Shown here: piece after piece, positions 9,347 through 17,537 of the stretch
Layout of the letters: every line of letters starts with the position of its first letter
Position numbering within the stretch: position 1 is the stretch's first letter
From: a virus
Strand: one strand, 5' to 3'
Length of the DNA: 64,000 nt
Virus record (IMG/VR): IMGVR_UViG_3300010403_000024
Location: 1 to 64,000 of that record
Notes under the pieces: model-generated
What the model was told of the DNA's origin: nothing
Databases searched by the model: none
What the model saw: only the letters and a program-made list of their open reading frames with translations
Position numbers and translations under genes: made by a program

Positions 9347-10681
9347 ATGGCCAAATATGTGCATACTTTCCGCTCGCCGGCCCCCTGTGTGTGGCTCTTG
9401 TACGGCCCGGGCTTCCGGCTGCCGCTGCAAGTGACCTGGGCGGATTGGGACCTGCAGATCGCCGATGTGCGGCTGCATCCGGCCATACCGTGGCTGGGCA
9501 TCTGGAAGGAACAGGCCGCCCGGGTGCTGAACAAACTGGCGATCGCGCACGGAGAGGATTGCGACGGGATCGCCAACTGGATGTACGAGCGCGAGGGGTT
9601 GGCGCAGGTCGCCGTGCCCTGGAAGCCGGCCAGCGACCCCAACGGCGTGAGCGTGAATGTCGCGGCCCTGGAAGCGACCGTCTATTGGGCGACCGAACAG
9701 GTGGCGCATGCGCTGCCCAGCTACGAAGAGTTTAAGGTGGCCGAGCCGGAGACGGCGGGGCGCATCCGGACTTTTCTGGGGCAGATGGTGGACAAGCTGG
9801 GTCTGTGCGGATTCGAGACCGTCGATGAACTTGAACTGTTTTATTACCTGCTCTGCAACTGGATGGCGCGCGCCCTCGAGTACGGGACCGAGCCGGTAGA
9901 GATGGTCTTCTGCCGGCTGATACCGTTGCCGTTCAAGCCGGGCTGGCAGGCGGCGGCACGGGCGCGTGCGTGGAAAAAGCACGAAACCCCGGGGACCGTT
10001 GCGGGGACCGCTGCGGGAACCGCGGCGTGGCAGGCGAGCCGCTACGGCGAATACATGGGGTGCGAGAAGCTTGGGTCGAAGCTAAGATCAGCCAAGGCTG
10101 GAACTTTCCATCAGGCACAGGTGCATCGCTGGGGGATCGAGCTGCAAACCAGCAAAAGCTGGCGGCGTAGTTCGGGCGGCAACCAGCGGCGGCTGCTCGA
10201 CCTGTTGGGTGAATACGGCTATTTTACCAGCAACCGTGAACGGATCGAACAAGTATGGCCCTGGCTGTGTCAGGCGCTTAAGGAGTGGTATCGCGAGAAG
10301 CAGGCGCCGGGTTTGGCACAGTTTCTGTCTGATTTTCGAAATATTGAGATCGGCGTGCGAACGGGCGCGGTGCGCAAGACGCGAAACCGGCGCAAGGGGG
10401 CTACTCCGAGCGCTCGGGCCACCATTCTTGGCATTAACGCACGTCGCCGTCGGGCGAAACAGGAGCGAGCCGAGGCTCTGGCGCGAGCGGCTGCGGACCT
10501 GCCAGAGATGCCCGATCTACAACAGGCAGCGCCGGACCTGCGGGACGGCGGGGGAGATGTGGGAGGGGCAGAGGTCAGAGATCGGAGGTCAGAGGTCGGA
10601 GCCGCTCGGCTGCTGGTGTACATCCCCGGTCAAGGCGAAGTTGGCGACGGCGACGTGCTGGGCGAGGGAGAGGGGATCTGA
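9347..10681 (+). CDS. Hypothetical protein
   Basis: Long ORF, first rightward gene; ATG 9347 preferred; C-terminus overlaps next gene. Confidence 0.7.
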   Translation: MAKYVHTFRSPAPCVWLLYGPGFRLPLQVTWADWDLQIADVRLHPAIPWLGIWKEQAARVLNKLAIAHGEDCDGIANWMYEREGLAQVAVPWKPASDPNGVSVNVAALEATVYWATEQVAHALPSYEEFKVAEPETAGRIRTFLGQMVDKLGLCGFETVDELELFYYLLCNWMARALEYGTEPVEMVFCRLIPLPFKPGWQAAARARAWKKHETPGTVAGTAAGTAAWQASRYGEYMGCEKLGSKLRSAKAGTFHQAQVHRWGIELQTSKSWRRSSGGNQRRLLDLLGEYGYFTSNRERIEQVWPWLCQALKEWYREKQAPGLAQFLSDFRNIEIGVRTGAVRKTRNRRKGATPSARATILGINARRRRAKQERAEALARAAADLPEMPDLQQAAPDLRDGGGDVGGAEVRDRRSEVGAARLLVYIPGQGEVGDGDVLGEGEGI

Positions 10682-10700
10682 CTTTGGCTGGCAAAGATAG
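10209..10700 (+). CDS. Cys-rich zinc-binding protein (DUF6171-like), overlapping upstream gene in another frame
   Basis: RLRTCQRCPIYN..RTCG...GCWC..PVKAKLATATCW...GW pattern. Confidence 0.62.
   Translation: MNTAILPATVNGSNKYGPGCVRRLRSGIARSRRRVWHSFCLIFEILRSACERARCARRETGARGLLRALGPPFLALTHVAVGRNRSEPRLWRERLRTCQRCPIYNRQRRTCGTAGEMWEGQRSEIGGQRSEPLGCWCTSPVKAKLATATCWARERGSDFGWQR
10568..10601 (+). repeat. Heptamer repeat (AGAGGTC-type) within coding sequence
   Basis: gcagaggtcagagatcggaggtcagaggtcggag. Confidence 0.8.
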
Positions 10701-10724
10701 GAGATAGAAGATAGGAGTTAGGAG
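10695..10724 (+). repeat. Heptamer repeat (AGATAGG-type) at gene junction
   Basis: agataggagatagaagataggagttaggag directly before ATG 10725. Confidence 0.75.
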
Positions 10725-11282
10725 ATGGAAGAACTGAATAATGGAACTACCGAACAACCGGAGCCGCCCAAGGACGTGGAGTTCGCGCCGTGCAAGCCCT
10801 CGCATGAGATGGGTCGGACCGATAAGCGCACCGGCCAGCATGTGAAGAAAATGGCCAAGGCGATGCAGAAGATGGGCCTGATCGGGATCAGCGAGATGCG
10901 GCTGGCGGCCTTTCGCCAGCTGGGGATCGAACTGGACCCGGCCAGCCTGGTGCGGGACGGGCGGGCGGGCGCGATGGTGGCGCAGCAAGCCGTGCTCGAT
11001 ACCCTGCTGGACGTGCGGCGCATGTACGAGAAAGCCAGCGACAAGGGCAAGGTGAGGCTGGTGCCGCACCTGGGCTTCCTGGCCCGGTGCCTGACGGCCG
11101 CCAACAAGGGAATAACGGATTCGGCGGGGGAGATCGCCAAGGTGCCGAACGTGCCGCAGGTGAATACGGTGGTGCATACGATGGTGCCGGTGCAGATCGT
11201 CAATGAAGTCGTGGAAAAGGTGGAGAAGTCAGAAGTCAGAGGTCAGAGGTCGGAGATCAGAGAGGCAGATCCGGCCGGGTAG
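10725..11282 (+). CDS. Hypothetical protein (terminase small subunit possible)
   Basis: Helical 185-aa protein; function is a guess from size and position. Confidence 0.55.
   Translation: MEELNNGTTEQPEPPKDVEFAPCKPSHEMGRTDKRTGQHVKKMAKAMQKMGLIGISEMRLAAFRQLGIELDPASLVRDGRAGAMVAQQAVLDTLLDVRRMYEKASDKGKVRLVPHLGFLARCLTAANKGITDSAGEIAKVPNVPQVNTVVHTMVPVQIVNEVVEKVEKSEVRGQRSEIREADPAG
11224..11262 (+). repeat. Heptamer repeat (AGAGGTC/AGAAGTC) translated as KSEVRGQRSEIR
   Basis: Direct reading. Confidence 0.8.
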
Positions 11283-11371
11283 GCAAAATTTGCCGCTTTT
11301 TTAGTTGCGGGTGGTGGGTGTTCACCGTAGAGAGTGGACAACGGTAAGGGATCTTACCGCTAAATAAATTT

Positions 11372-11653
11372 ATGGCGACACCTGCACAGTTTGGCCCTCG
11401 ACCGGCACCGGGCGAGGATCGCATCACCGACACCAATGCCCACGCGGGCGAATGGGCGGCCATCCTGGCGCTCGCCGATTCGGTATTTAGCGAGCTGGTC
11501 TCAAAATCCATGAGCCTGAATGCGGCGAGCATCAGCGACGAAGGCCAGTCGCACGCGGGCATGACGCTCTCGCAGGGGATGCTGATCCGGGGGATCTTCA
11601 CTCAGATCACGCTGACATCGGGCGAGGTACTCGCTTACAAACCGCCGGTGTAA
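11372..11653 (+). CDS. Small beta-rich putative virion protein
   Basis: AILALADSVF...GMLIRGIFTQITLTSGEVLAY pattern typical of small genes preceding fibres. Confidence 0.65.
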   Translation: MATPAQFGPRPAPGEDRITDTNAHAGEWAAILALADSVFSELVSKSMSLNAASISDEGQSHAGMTLSQGMLIRGIFTQITLTSGEVLAYKPPV

Positions 11654-11686
11654 ATTCGCCGACCGCCTGAAGGATCTCCAAACAAA

Positions 11687-11896
11687 ATGAGACTGGGAAG
11701 TTCAATCGCGAGCGGGCAGGAGATGAGCCTGTTCGGCCATACCAACCTGCCGCGGCATGGGCATGGGACGTTTGCGTTTGGCGCGGGCATGGGTAGCGGC
11801 GATGGCGACGGGCATGTGCTGGATCCCGAGGGCGGCGGGGTGGTGACCGACCCGGAAGGCGGCGGGCCGGTCGATGACCCGGAAGGCGGGACGTAG
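11687..11896 (+). CDS. Small Gly/Asp-rich protein with 3x DPEGG repeat
   Basis: VLDPEGGGVVTDPEGGGPVDDPEGGT; directly before fibre gene. Confidence 0.6.
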   Translation: MRLGSSIASGQEMSLFGHTNLPRHGHGTFAFGAGMGSGDGDGHVLDPEGGGVVTDPEGGGPVDDPEGGT

Positions 11897-11914
11897 AAAA
11901 CCTGAAAGGCTGAA

Positions 11915-13594
11915 ATGAAAAAGAAGATTCTTTGGGGAGCGCTCGCGCTAGTCGTGCTAACCGTCAGCCTGTGGGCGGCGGCCCCGACGTTTTTGGGCGG
12001 CAAGGCGCAGGTGACGACGCTGCATCCAACCACCAATTACATCCTGGCGATCATGGGCAACTCGACCTCGGCGGTGTACCGGCTGATCAACGACAGCAAT
12101 CTACTGCACCAGATGCTGGCGCTGCCGGAGGCGACGAATTTTACCGGGACCCTAGGCTCCAACGCCGCGCAGAATGTGGCAGTGTGGACCAACGACACGA
12201 CGCAAATCAGACCCAAGGTTGGAAGCTCCGTTGTGCCAGTTAGAATCTACGACGGCGCGGGCAGCAACGTCGTTAGATTAAATACCAACGGGCAATTGAG
12301 GCTTGGTAAGTTTGCAGAACTAATCTTCAACCCCCACGCTGATGATGCCGGAATTTACGACATCCACGCAAATTCTGAGGGGAAGAAGTGGGTGGAATGG
12401 GACGTTGCGATTTACCAAAATGATGACGGTAGCGGCGATTACGCACTAGGGAAGTTCGACTTCGATATTCAAAATCCGGGTGGTTACTTTGGACGAATAA
12501 TTACCAAAACCCGGTTTGGTTCAACCAACATCGAAACATACCTGATGTCAGATTATACACAGGGAGGTGCCGCGCTTAACCTTGTTGGAGCAAACAATAC
12601 CATCGTCTGGCAAAGCGACCCCGATCCATCTCAGCCTTTCATGTTTTACGTCCTGCAAGGCGGTGTAATGCGAATGGTGTTCACCACGAACGACTGGTCA
12701 GCCTTTTTCTCAAGCAACGTATTTGTCGGTGGAACAATCAGCGCCTCAAACGCAACCGCTAGCCGATTGGCGGCATTCGATGCTGGAAAGCGTTTAACCA
12801 ACAGCGCCTATAGCGATACGGATATTGCTGCTTTGCAAGGTGGCACCAATGGCTTGAATGGAAGCAAAATCGACAAACTGAACGGCACAGGAACGAATTT
12901 TTCCGTAGGGCATTTCACCGGCACTACGAATTGGAATTTCGTGTCTCGCGGCACCAATGGCCAACCGACCGGGTTCGGCATTGACACCAATGGTGTGACG
13001 CACCTCGGCACAAACACGGCGAGCGATACGATGTTGAGTAACGCCCCTGGAGTGTTCTCGATACAAACCAGCAACAGCGCATCATCAAAATTTTACCAAA
13101 CGACAACAGGTGTTGGAGTTGGGCAGAGTGCGCCCGCAAACATACTTCACGTGACCCCTCCAGTTGGGAACACTCAGAATGGGTACTTGCGAGTTGACGG
13201 CACCAATGGGTCTCAAGCTATCAATCTTGGTGTTTACCCAACCTCGCAGCAATTTGGCGCTGTCTATGGTGGTGTCAATGCGCCAACGGCAAATAATTAC
13301 ATGCTGCGCGGTGACGGCGGAAACCAGACCACGGTTAACGGTCCCGGCGCTTCCACGATCATAACATTCGCCATCAACGACGTTACCAAGAATCAAGTCC
13401 TTTCAACGGGTGCTTTCAGTGCTGAAACAAACTCTATCATTCTCAAGGGCACCAATTCAATCTCCGCCCCAAACGCTTCGCTTGCCTTTATGGGTGCTCA
13501 GTTATGGACGGATGGCACTAACCTTTGCATCGTTTTTCAAAACGCAGCAGGCACCAGAACCACGAACAAAGTGAGCCTAACTGCATGGCCCTAA
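11915..13594 (+). CDS. Tail-fibre-like protein with Sec signal peptide, Thr-Asn rich
   Basis: MKKKILWGALALVVLTVSLWA signal; TASRLAAFDAGKRLTNS and GVGVGQSAPANILHV fibre motifs; about 18 TN dipeptides. Confidence 0.75.
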   Translation: MKKKILWGALALVVLTVSLWAAAPTFLGGKAQVTTLHPTTNYILAIMGNSTSAVYRLINDSNLLHQMLALPEATNFTGTLGSNAAQNVAVWTNDTTQIRPKVGSSVVPVRIYDGAGSNVVRLNTNGQLRLGKFAELIFNPHADDAGIYDIHANSEGKKWVEWDVAIYQNDDGSGDYALGKFDFDIQNPGGYFGRIITKTRFGSTNIETYLMSDYTQGGAALNLVGANNTIVWQSDPDPSQPFMFYVLQGGVMRMVFTTNDWSAFFSSNVFVGGTISASNATASRLAAFDAGKRLTNSAYSDTDIAALQGGTNGLNGSKIDKLNGTGTNFSVGHFTGTTNWNFVSRGTNGQPTGFGIDTNGVTHLGTNTASDTMLSNAPGVFSIQTSNSASSKFYQTTTGVGVGQSAPANILHVTPPVGNTQNGYLRVDGTNGSQAINLGVYPTSQQFGAVYGGVNAPTANNYMLRGDGGNQTTVNGPGASTIITFAINDVTKNQVLSTGAFSAETNSIILKGTNSISAPNASLAFMGAQLWTDGTNLCIVFQNAAGTRTTNKVSLTAWP

Positions 13595-14055
13595 AACTCA
13601 TCATCGCCTCACTCCTGATTGCGCTTAACCTGAACGCGCAGATCGTTCCAGTGCTGGCCACGAATGGCCCTGCATTGCTGACGACGGCAGTGGCTACAGA
13701 CTTTCCTTCACAAACCACCACGTCATCCACCAACTGGTCTTCCGGCAAGTTCTACACCAACGATCTCTCCCACGAAATCGAAGTGGCCTGTTCGATAACG
13801 AATGTCATGGCCGCTGTCGTCGGTTTCAGTGGCATGGAATTGTGGGTAGGCTACACCACTAACAGCGCCACCTTGCTCGGTGTGGGCGCGACCACCACCA
13901 AAACACTCCTGACTGGACTGGCCACCACTCAGGAAATGCACTTGCGCGGGCGTGTGCCGGTAGGCGGCTATTTCACTTTCACAAACATCTCGTCTGGAGC
14001 AGGTAACTCAGTGACGATGCGGACCGGCTCCGGACAATACACGATTCTGCCATGA
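13585..14055 (+). CDS. Secreted Thr-Asn-rich beta protein
   Basis: MALKLIIASLLIALNLNA|Q signal; ATG 13585 overlaps fibre end; 6 TN. Confidence 0.75.
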   Translation: MALKLIIASLLIALNLNAQIVPVLATNGPALLTTAVATDFPSQTTTSSTNWSSGKFYTNDLSHEIEVACSITNVMAAVVGFSGMELWVGYTTNSATLLGVGATTTKTLLTGLATTQEMHLRGRVPVGGYFTFTNISSGAGNSVTMRTGSGQYTILP

Positions 14056-14717
14056 AGTTCTTAATCATTTTCCTAACCGTGCTCTCGTGCTTCGGGGCAC
14101 AGCAACCGCCTGCGACGTGGCAACTCTACAAGTGGGCGCTGAACGGTAATGGCGACTACACACCAGTAAGCGCACCGGGCAGCGGTGGTGACGTGGCAAC
14201 CTTTGCCTTCGGAGCATCGACGAAGCCTTACGCCGCGTTCCTTACCACCATCGTTGATACCAACCTGCTTGGCGATCTCACGGGCAAGCAACTCACTGCA
14301 ACCGTCAGTGTCTCTGGCAGCGCCACATTCGTTTACGGCGGACAATTCTCATGGAACTCCAACAGCACCGTTCCTGCCAACACGCGCCTTTATTTCTCGA
14401 CCAGCGCCGCTACCTACGACATCGACATTGCCAACACCAACTCAACCGCTTTTTGGTGGAGCCATTACGGAGTGTGCGTCATCACCAACGGCGCAGGCGG
14501 AATAATTGCGGACACGTTTACCCCATCGCATTGGTCCGACGCAAACGGGCATCCCGGCGACGATCCTGGCTACATCGACGCTTTCAATGCGGCAGTGGCC
14601 AATGTTCAACAGATCGGCGTGAGTTTTGGTGGCGGAAGTTTTTTCGATTGCGGAGTAGCCCTATGGCCGCACACTGGATCGGCATCGTTCCACTTGGTTT
14701 CATTTACGGCGAACTAA
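14052..14717 (+). CDS. Secreted carbohydrate-binding-like beta-sandwich protein
   Basis: MKFLIIFLTVLSCFGA|Q signal; IGVSFGGGSFF motif. Confidence 0.7.
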   Translation: MKFLIIFLTVLSCFGAQQPPATWQLYKWALNGNGDYTPVSAPGSGGDVATFAFGASTKPYAAFLTTIVDTNLLGDLTGKQLTATVSVSGSATFVYGGQFSWNSNSTVPANTRLYFSTSAATYDIDIANTNSTAFWWSHYGVCVITNGAGGIIADTFTPSHWSDANGHPGDDPGYIDAFNAAVANVQQIGVSFGGGSFFDCGVALWPHTGSASFHLVSFTAN

Positions 14718-14721
14718 CATT

Positions 14722-14835
14722 ATGACCTTCTCATTCATATCTAGCTGGTTTGAATTTGGTATAGCCGTGATGATGTTAGTGCTGTTTTTGATGGTCAAGA
14801 CTTGGTTTAAATGGTGGAAAGCTGATCGCAAATGA
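14722..14835 (+). CDS. Small single-TM membrane protein (37 aa)
   Basis: MTFSFISSWFEFGIAVMMLVLFLMVKTWFKWWKADRK; ATGA-coupled to next gene. Confidence 0.5.
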   Translation: MTFSFISSWFEFGIAVMMLVLFLMVKTWFKWWKADRK

Positions 14836-15143
14836 GCACTAAACCACAACCAAACTGGGCAACCATCGGCACGGCCTTGGCGATGGTCACCATCGGCGCG
14901 GTGCAGTACTGGAACGGCCACAAACAAGACGTAGCCAACGCTCTCGCTCGCGACACGCACACGCTCGTCAATTCACAAATGGGCGCTCAGAAGAAGCTGC
15001 TCGCGGACGTTACCGCCGCCAAAGCCGCCATCACGAAGACACCCGAAGACAAACAAGCCGCAGCCGATGCTTGGAAAGATTGGCAAGACCACGTAGCAAA
15101 ACAGAACCGCGTGGACGACGAACACCGCAACAAAAAGGAATAA
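14832..15143 (+). CDS. Membrane-anchored coiled protein, lysis-cassette candidate
   Basis: N-terminal TM then THTLVNSQM. Confidence 0.6.
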   Translation: MSTKPQPNWATIGTALAMVTIGAVQYWNGHKQDVANALARDTHTLVNSQMGAQKKLLADVTAAKAAITKTPEDKQAAADAWKDWQDHVAKQNRVDDEHRNKKE

Positions 15144-15144
15144 C

Positions 15145-15294
15145 ATGAGCACTATACTTATCGGCCTCTGGTTAATTTTATTCGGCGCAATGTCATTAAT
15201 TTCAACGAAGGTGCCGGATTGGATTGTGCCACTCGCAGCCATCGCAGTTGGCCTTATCGTTCTTGTCGGGGCGTGGAGAAGGCCAAACCCTTGA
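15145..15294 (+). CDS. Small two-TM protein (49 aa), holin-like
   Basis: MSTILIGLWLILFGAMSLISTKVPDWIVPLAAIAVGLIVLVGAWRRPNP. Confidence 0.6.
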   Translation: MSTILIGLWLILFGAMSLISTKVPDWIVPLAAIAVGLIVLVGAWRRPNP

Positions 15295-15397
15295 TGCGTA
15301 ATGGAAGAACCGCACAAGGACGTGCGCAAGCGCCCGAAAAAAGACTGCGACATGATTCGTGAATGCTGGGAATGGGTGAAACTAAAGAAAGAACAGA

Positions 15398-16162
15398 ATG
15401 AACGCCGGAACCGACCTTCTCGACCAGTTAAAAACAACTCCGCACTGGATGCTGGTGCTCATCGGGTTGACCATCTTCGGGGTCTATTGGAAGCGCAGCC
15501 AGTGGCCGAACCGTTATCTGAAATTCGTCAACCTCATCCTGCCGACCATCGCCTACCCGATTCTTCATTACGGGCCTGACGCCGAGCACTCCTACTGGAA
15601 TCCCATCGCGACACTCGCCTTGCACGGCTTCGCGATCGGGATCGCCAGCGAGTTTGTGCATGAAGGGATCATCACGAAGATCAAGAACGTGTTTCCGGGG
15701 TTCAAATTCCCGGACGAACCGCCACAACCACCTGGAGCACCCCCAAGCATGAAAACCCTCCCGATCTTTCTGCTCGCCGCTTTGCTTTCCGGCTGCTCGT
15801 ACGTGCGCCCGATCGGCAGCATCGGCGACGTGACTTTCTACAAGGTGCAATCGACCAGCATCCTCGGCCCGACCGTGAACGTGCTCGTCACCCGCACCGG
15901 GTGCTGCGCGACGAACGTGCAGGTCTATGGCGCTTATGCCGGCAACGGGATGCTGCCGGCGGTGGCGGGGGCGGGCGGGATCGTGGGCGGTCTTTACCTG
16001 CTGGGGGAAGCGGCGCGGCACAACGGGAGCCAGAGCAGCCAGCAGAGCGTCCAGAACGTGCAGAATACGGTGACGACCGCGATTGAGCCGCCGACGGCAC
16101 CCCCGGCGCCGCCGATTGGCCCTAGCCGCCCGCCGGATAACCGGCCGCCGGTGCATCGTTAA
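15398..16162 (+). CDS. Holin-like three-TM domain fused in frame to a lipoprotein (internal start 15749)
   Basis: LIGLTIFGVYWKRS..PNRYL...HGFAIGIASEFVHE, then MKTLPIFLLAALLSG|C lipobox and Pro-rich tail. Confidence 0.65.
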   Translation: MNAGTDLLDQLKTTPHWMLVLIGLTIFGVYWKRSQWPNRYLKFVNLILPTIAYPILHYGPDAEHSYWNPIATLALHGFAIGIASEFVHEGIITKIKNVFPGFKFPDEPPQPPGAPPSMKTLPIFLLAALLSGCSYVRPIGSIGDVTFYKVQSTSILGPTVNVLVTRTGCCATNVQVYGAYAGNGMLPAVAGAGGIVGGLYLLGEAARHNGSQSSQQSVQNVQNTVTTAIEPPTAPPAPPIGPSRPPDNRPPVHR

Positions 16163-16225
16163 AAAGCGACTCCGCAATTTTGCTGTTGCGCACCGGCTGG
16201 TTGCGCTTAACATGCGCCCGACGAT

Positions 16226-16873
16226 ATGAAATACCTTCTACTCCTTCTTGCCATCGCAACATCACTCGCAGCGCAGGAGCCGCCCATGCCCCCGATGCCG
16301 ATGCCAGTAACACTCAATCGTTCGGTTGCTGGAAATGACTCGGTTCGAGCGGCTAAGCCCGCGCCTCGAAGCTGGACAAAACCTACACTGTTCACAGTCA
16401 ACTGTCCCGAGTGCAGCAAAACACTAAAAGGTGTTCCAGCTTTGGCTATCAAAGTTGACAATCGGCATTGGATGACCAATGGAATTCGCATCGAGCGTAC
16501 AGTGCGATTGGCTTGTCCTGATTGTCGTGAAGAGTTCGATGCTGCAAACGTGAAGTTTTTGCCAAAACCAATCGCTATTGAAGAGGGAGATCAACCGCAA
16601 GCGAGCGTGAAGAGTTTGGACGTAGTAAATCCCATGCTGCGCCTGTCGATAAAGCTAACGAACTGTATCCCACCCGGTGCTGCCGAAGGTCCTGCGGTCG
16701 AGCTGAGTTTTCAAACGGAGTTTGGGAAGCTCTACGAGTGCCAGGCCAGCGACGACAATTTTCAGTCGTGGCTTGGTTCGGTGCCCTTGGCCGGGACCGG
16801 CACCGTCTTGTCTCGGTTTGAATCACCGAGTCACACGCACCGCATGTATCGGGTGAAGGAGACGACTTTATGA
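16226..16873 (+). CDS. Secreted protein with CxxC pairs and Verrucomicrobia-type C-terminal domain
   Basis: MKYLLLLLAIATSLAA|Q; CPEC, CPDC; AVELSFQTEFGKLYECQASDD..W..GTG..RMYRV. Confidence 0.72.
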   Translation: MKYLLLLLAIATSLAAQEPPMPPMPMPVTLNRSVAGNDSVRAAKPAPRSWTKPTLFTVNCPECSKTLKGVPALAIKVDNRHWMTNGIRIERTVRLACPDCREEFDAANVKFLPKPIAIEEGDQPQASVKSLDVVNPMLRLSIKLTNCIPPGAAEGPAVELSFQTEFGKLYECQASDDNFQSWLGSVPLAGTGTVLSRFESPSHTHRMYRVKETTL

Positions 16874-17052
16874 AAACCTTTTTCTTTGCACTCTGCCTCT
16901 GCTGCACATCTTGCAGCACAACGAACATCACGAAGCTGGCCGAGCAGCTAAAGAACGACCCCGCGACAGTGGATCTCAACGTGACGACTATCTGGGGATC
17001 ATTTTATTTCCACCGCTCATTTCCGACAAATTGGGTTGCGCCTGGGAAGTAG
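16870..17052 (+). CDS. Small lipoprotein
   Basis: MKTFFFALCLCCTS|CSTTN. Confidence 0.6.
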   Translation: MKTFFFALCLCCTSCSTTNITKLAEQLKNDPATVDLNVTTIWGSFYFHRSFPTNWVAPGK

Positions 17053-17172
17053 TTTCTCCGGTAGCGACGTGGCCGGGGAGACGCGGCAATCTGCTCCCAG
17101 CGGTCTGGAAATCGCCTTAGCGGCACGCACCCACTGCAAAAGGGTCAAAGACCTCTGCCGCGCCGGTCGAAG

Positions 17173-17218
17173 CCAGAGGTCAGAGATCAGAAGTCAGAGG
17201 TCAGATATTCAGGTCAGA
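17173..17218 (+). repeat. Heptamer repeat (AGAGGTC-type) at convergent gene junction
   Basis: cagaggtcagagatcagaagtcagaggtcaga. Confidence 0.8.
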
Positions 17219-17537
17219 CCTTTAAGAGCCGGCGGTACATCTTGCGCTGTTCGCGGTTGGAGTTCTTCACATGCGACCAGACACCCTTTTTTAAGAACTG
17301 CACATGGCGGCGCAGGTGGAAGAAATCGACCCCGCAACCGCGGGCAAAGGCGTCGATGGTCTCGATCTTCACGCCAGCCCAGGTGCGGCGCACGGAGAGG
17401 CTGCTGACGGTCGCGAGCGACAACCCGGAGCGGGCGGCGATCTGGCGGGCGGAGAGGCCGCGGCGCCCATGCGACTGGCGCGCGACCAGCCGGCAGAGGT
17501 GCGGCGGGAACCGATCCAAGAACTGGAGCAAAGTCAT
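17214..17537 (-). CDS. XRE-like helix-turn-helix protein
   Basis: LSARQIAARSGLSLATVSSLS; coupled to terminase. Confidence 0.75.
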   Translation of the reverse strand: MTLLQFLDRFPPHLCRLVARQSHGRRGLSARQIAARSGLSLATVSSLSVRRTWAGVKIETIDAFARGCGVDFFHLRRHVQFLKKGVWSHVKNSNREQRKMYRRLLKV

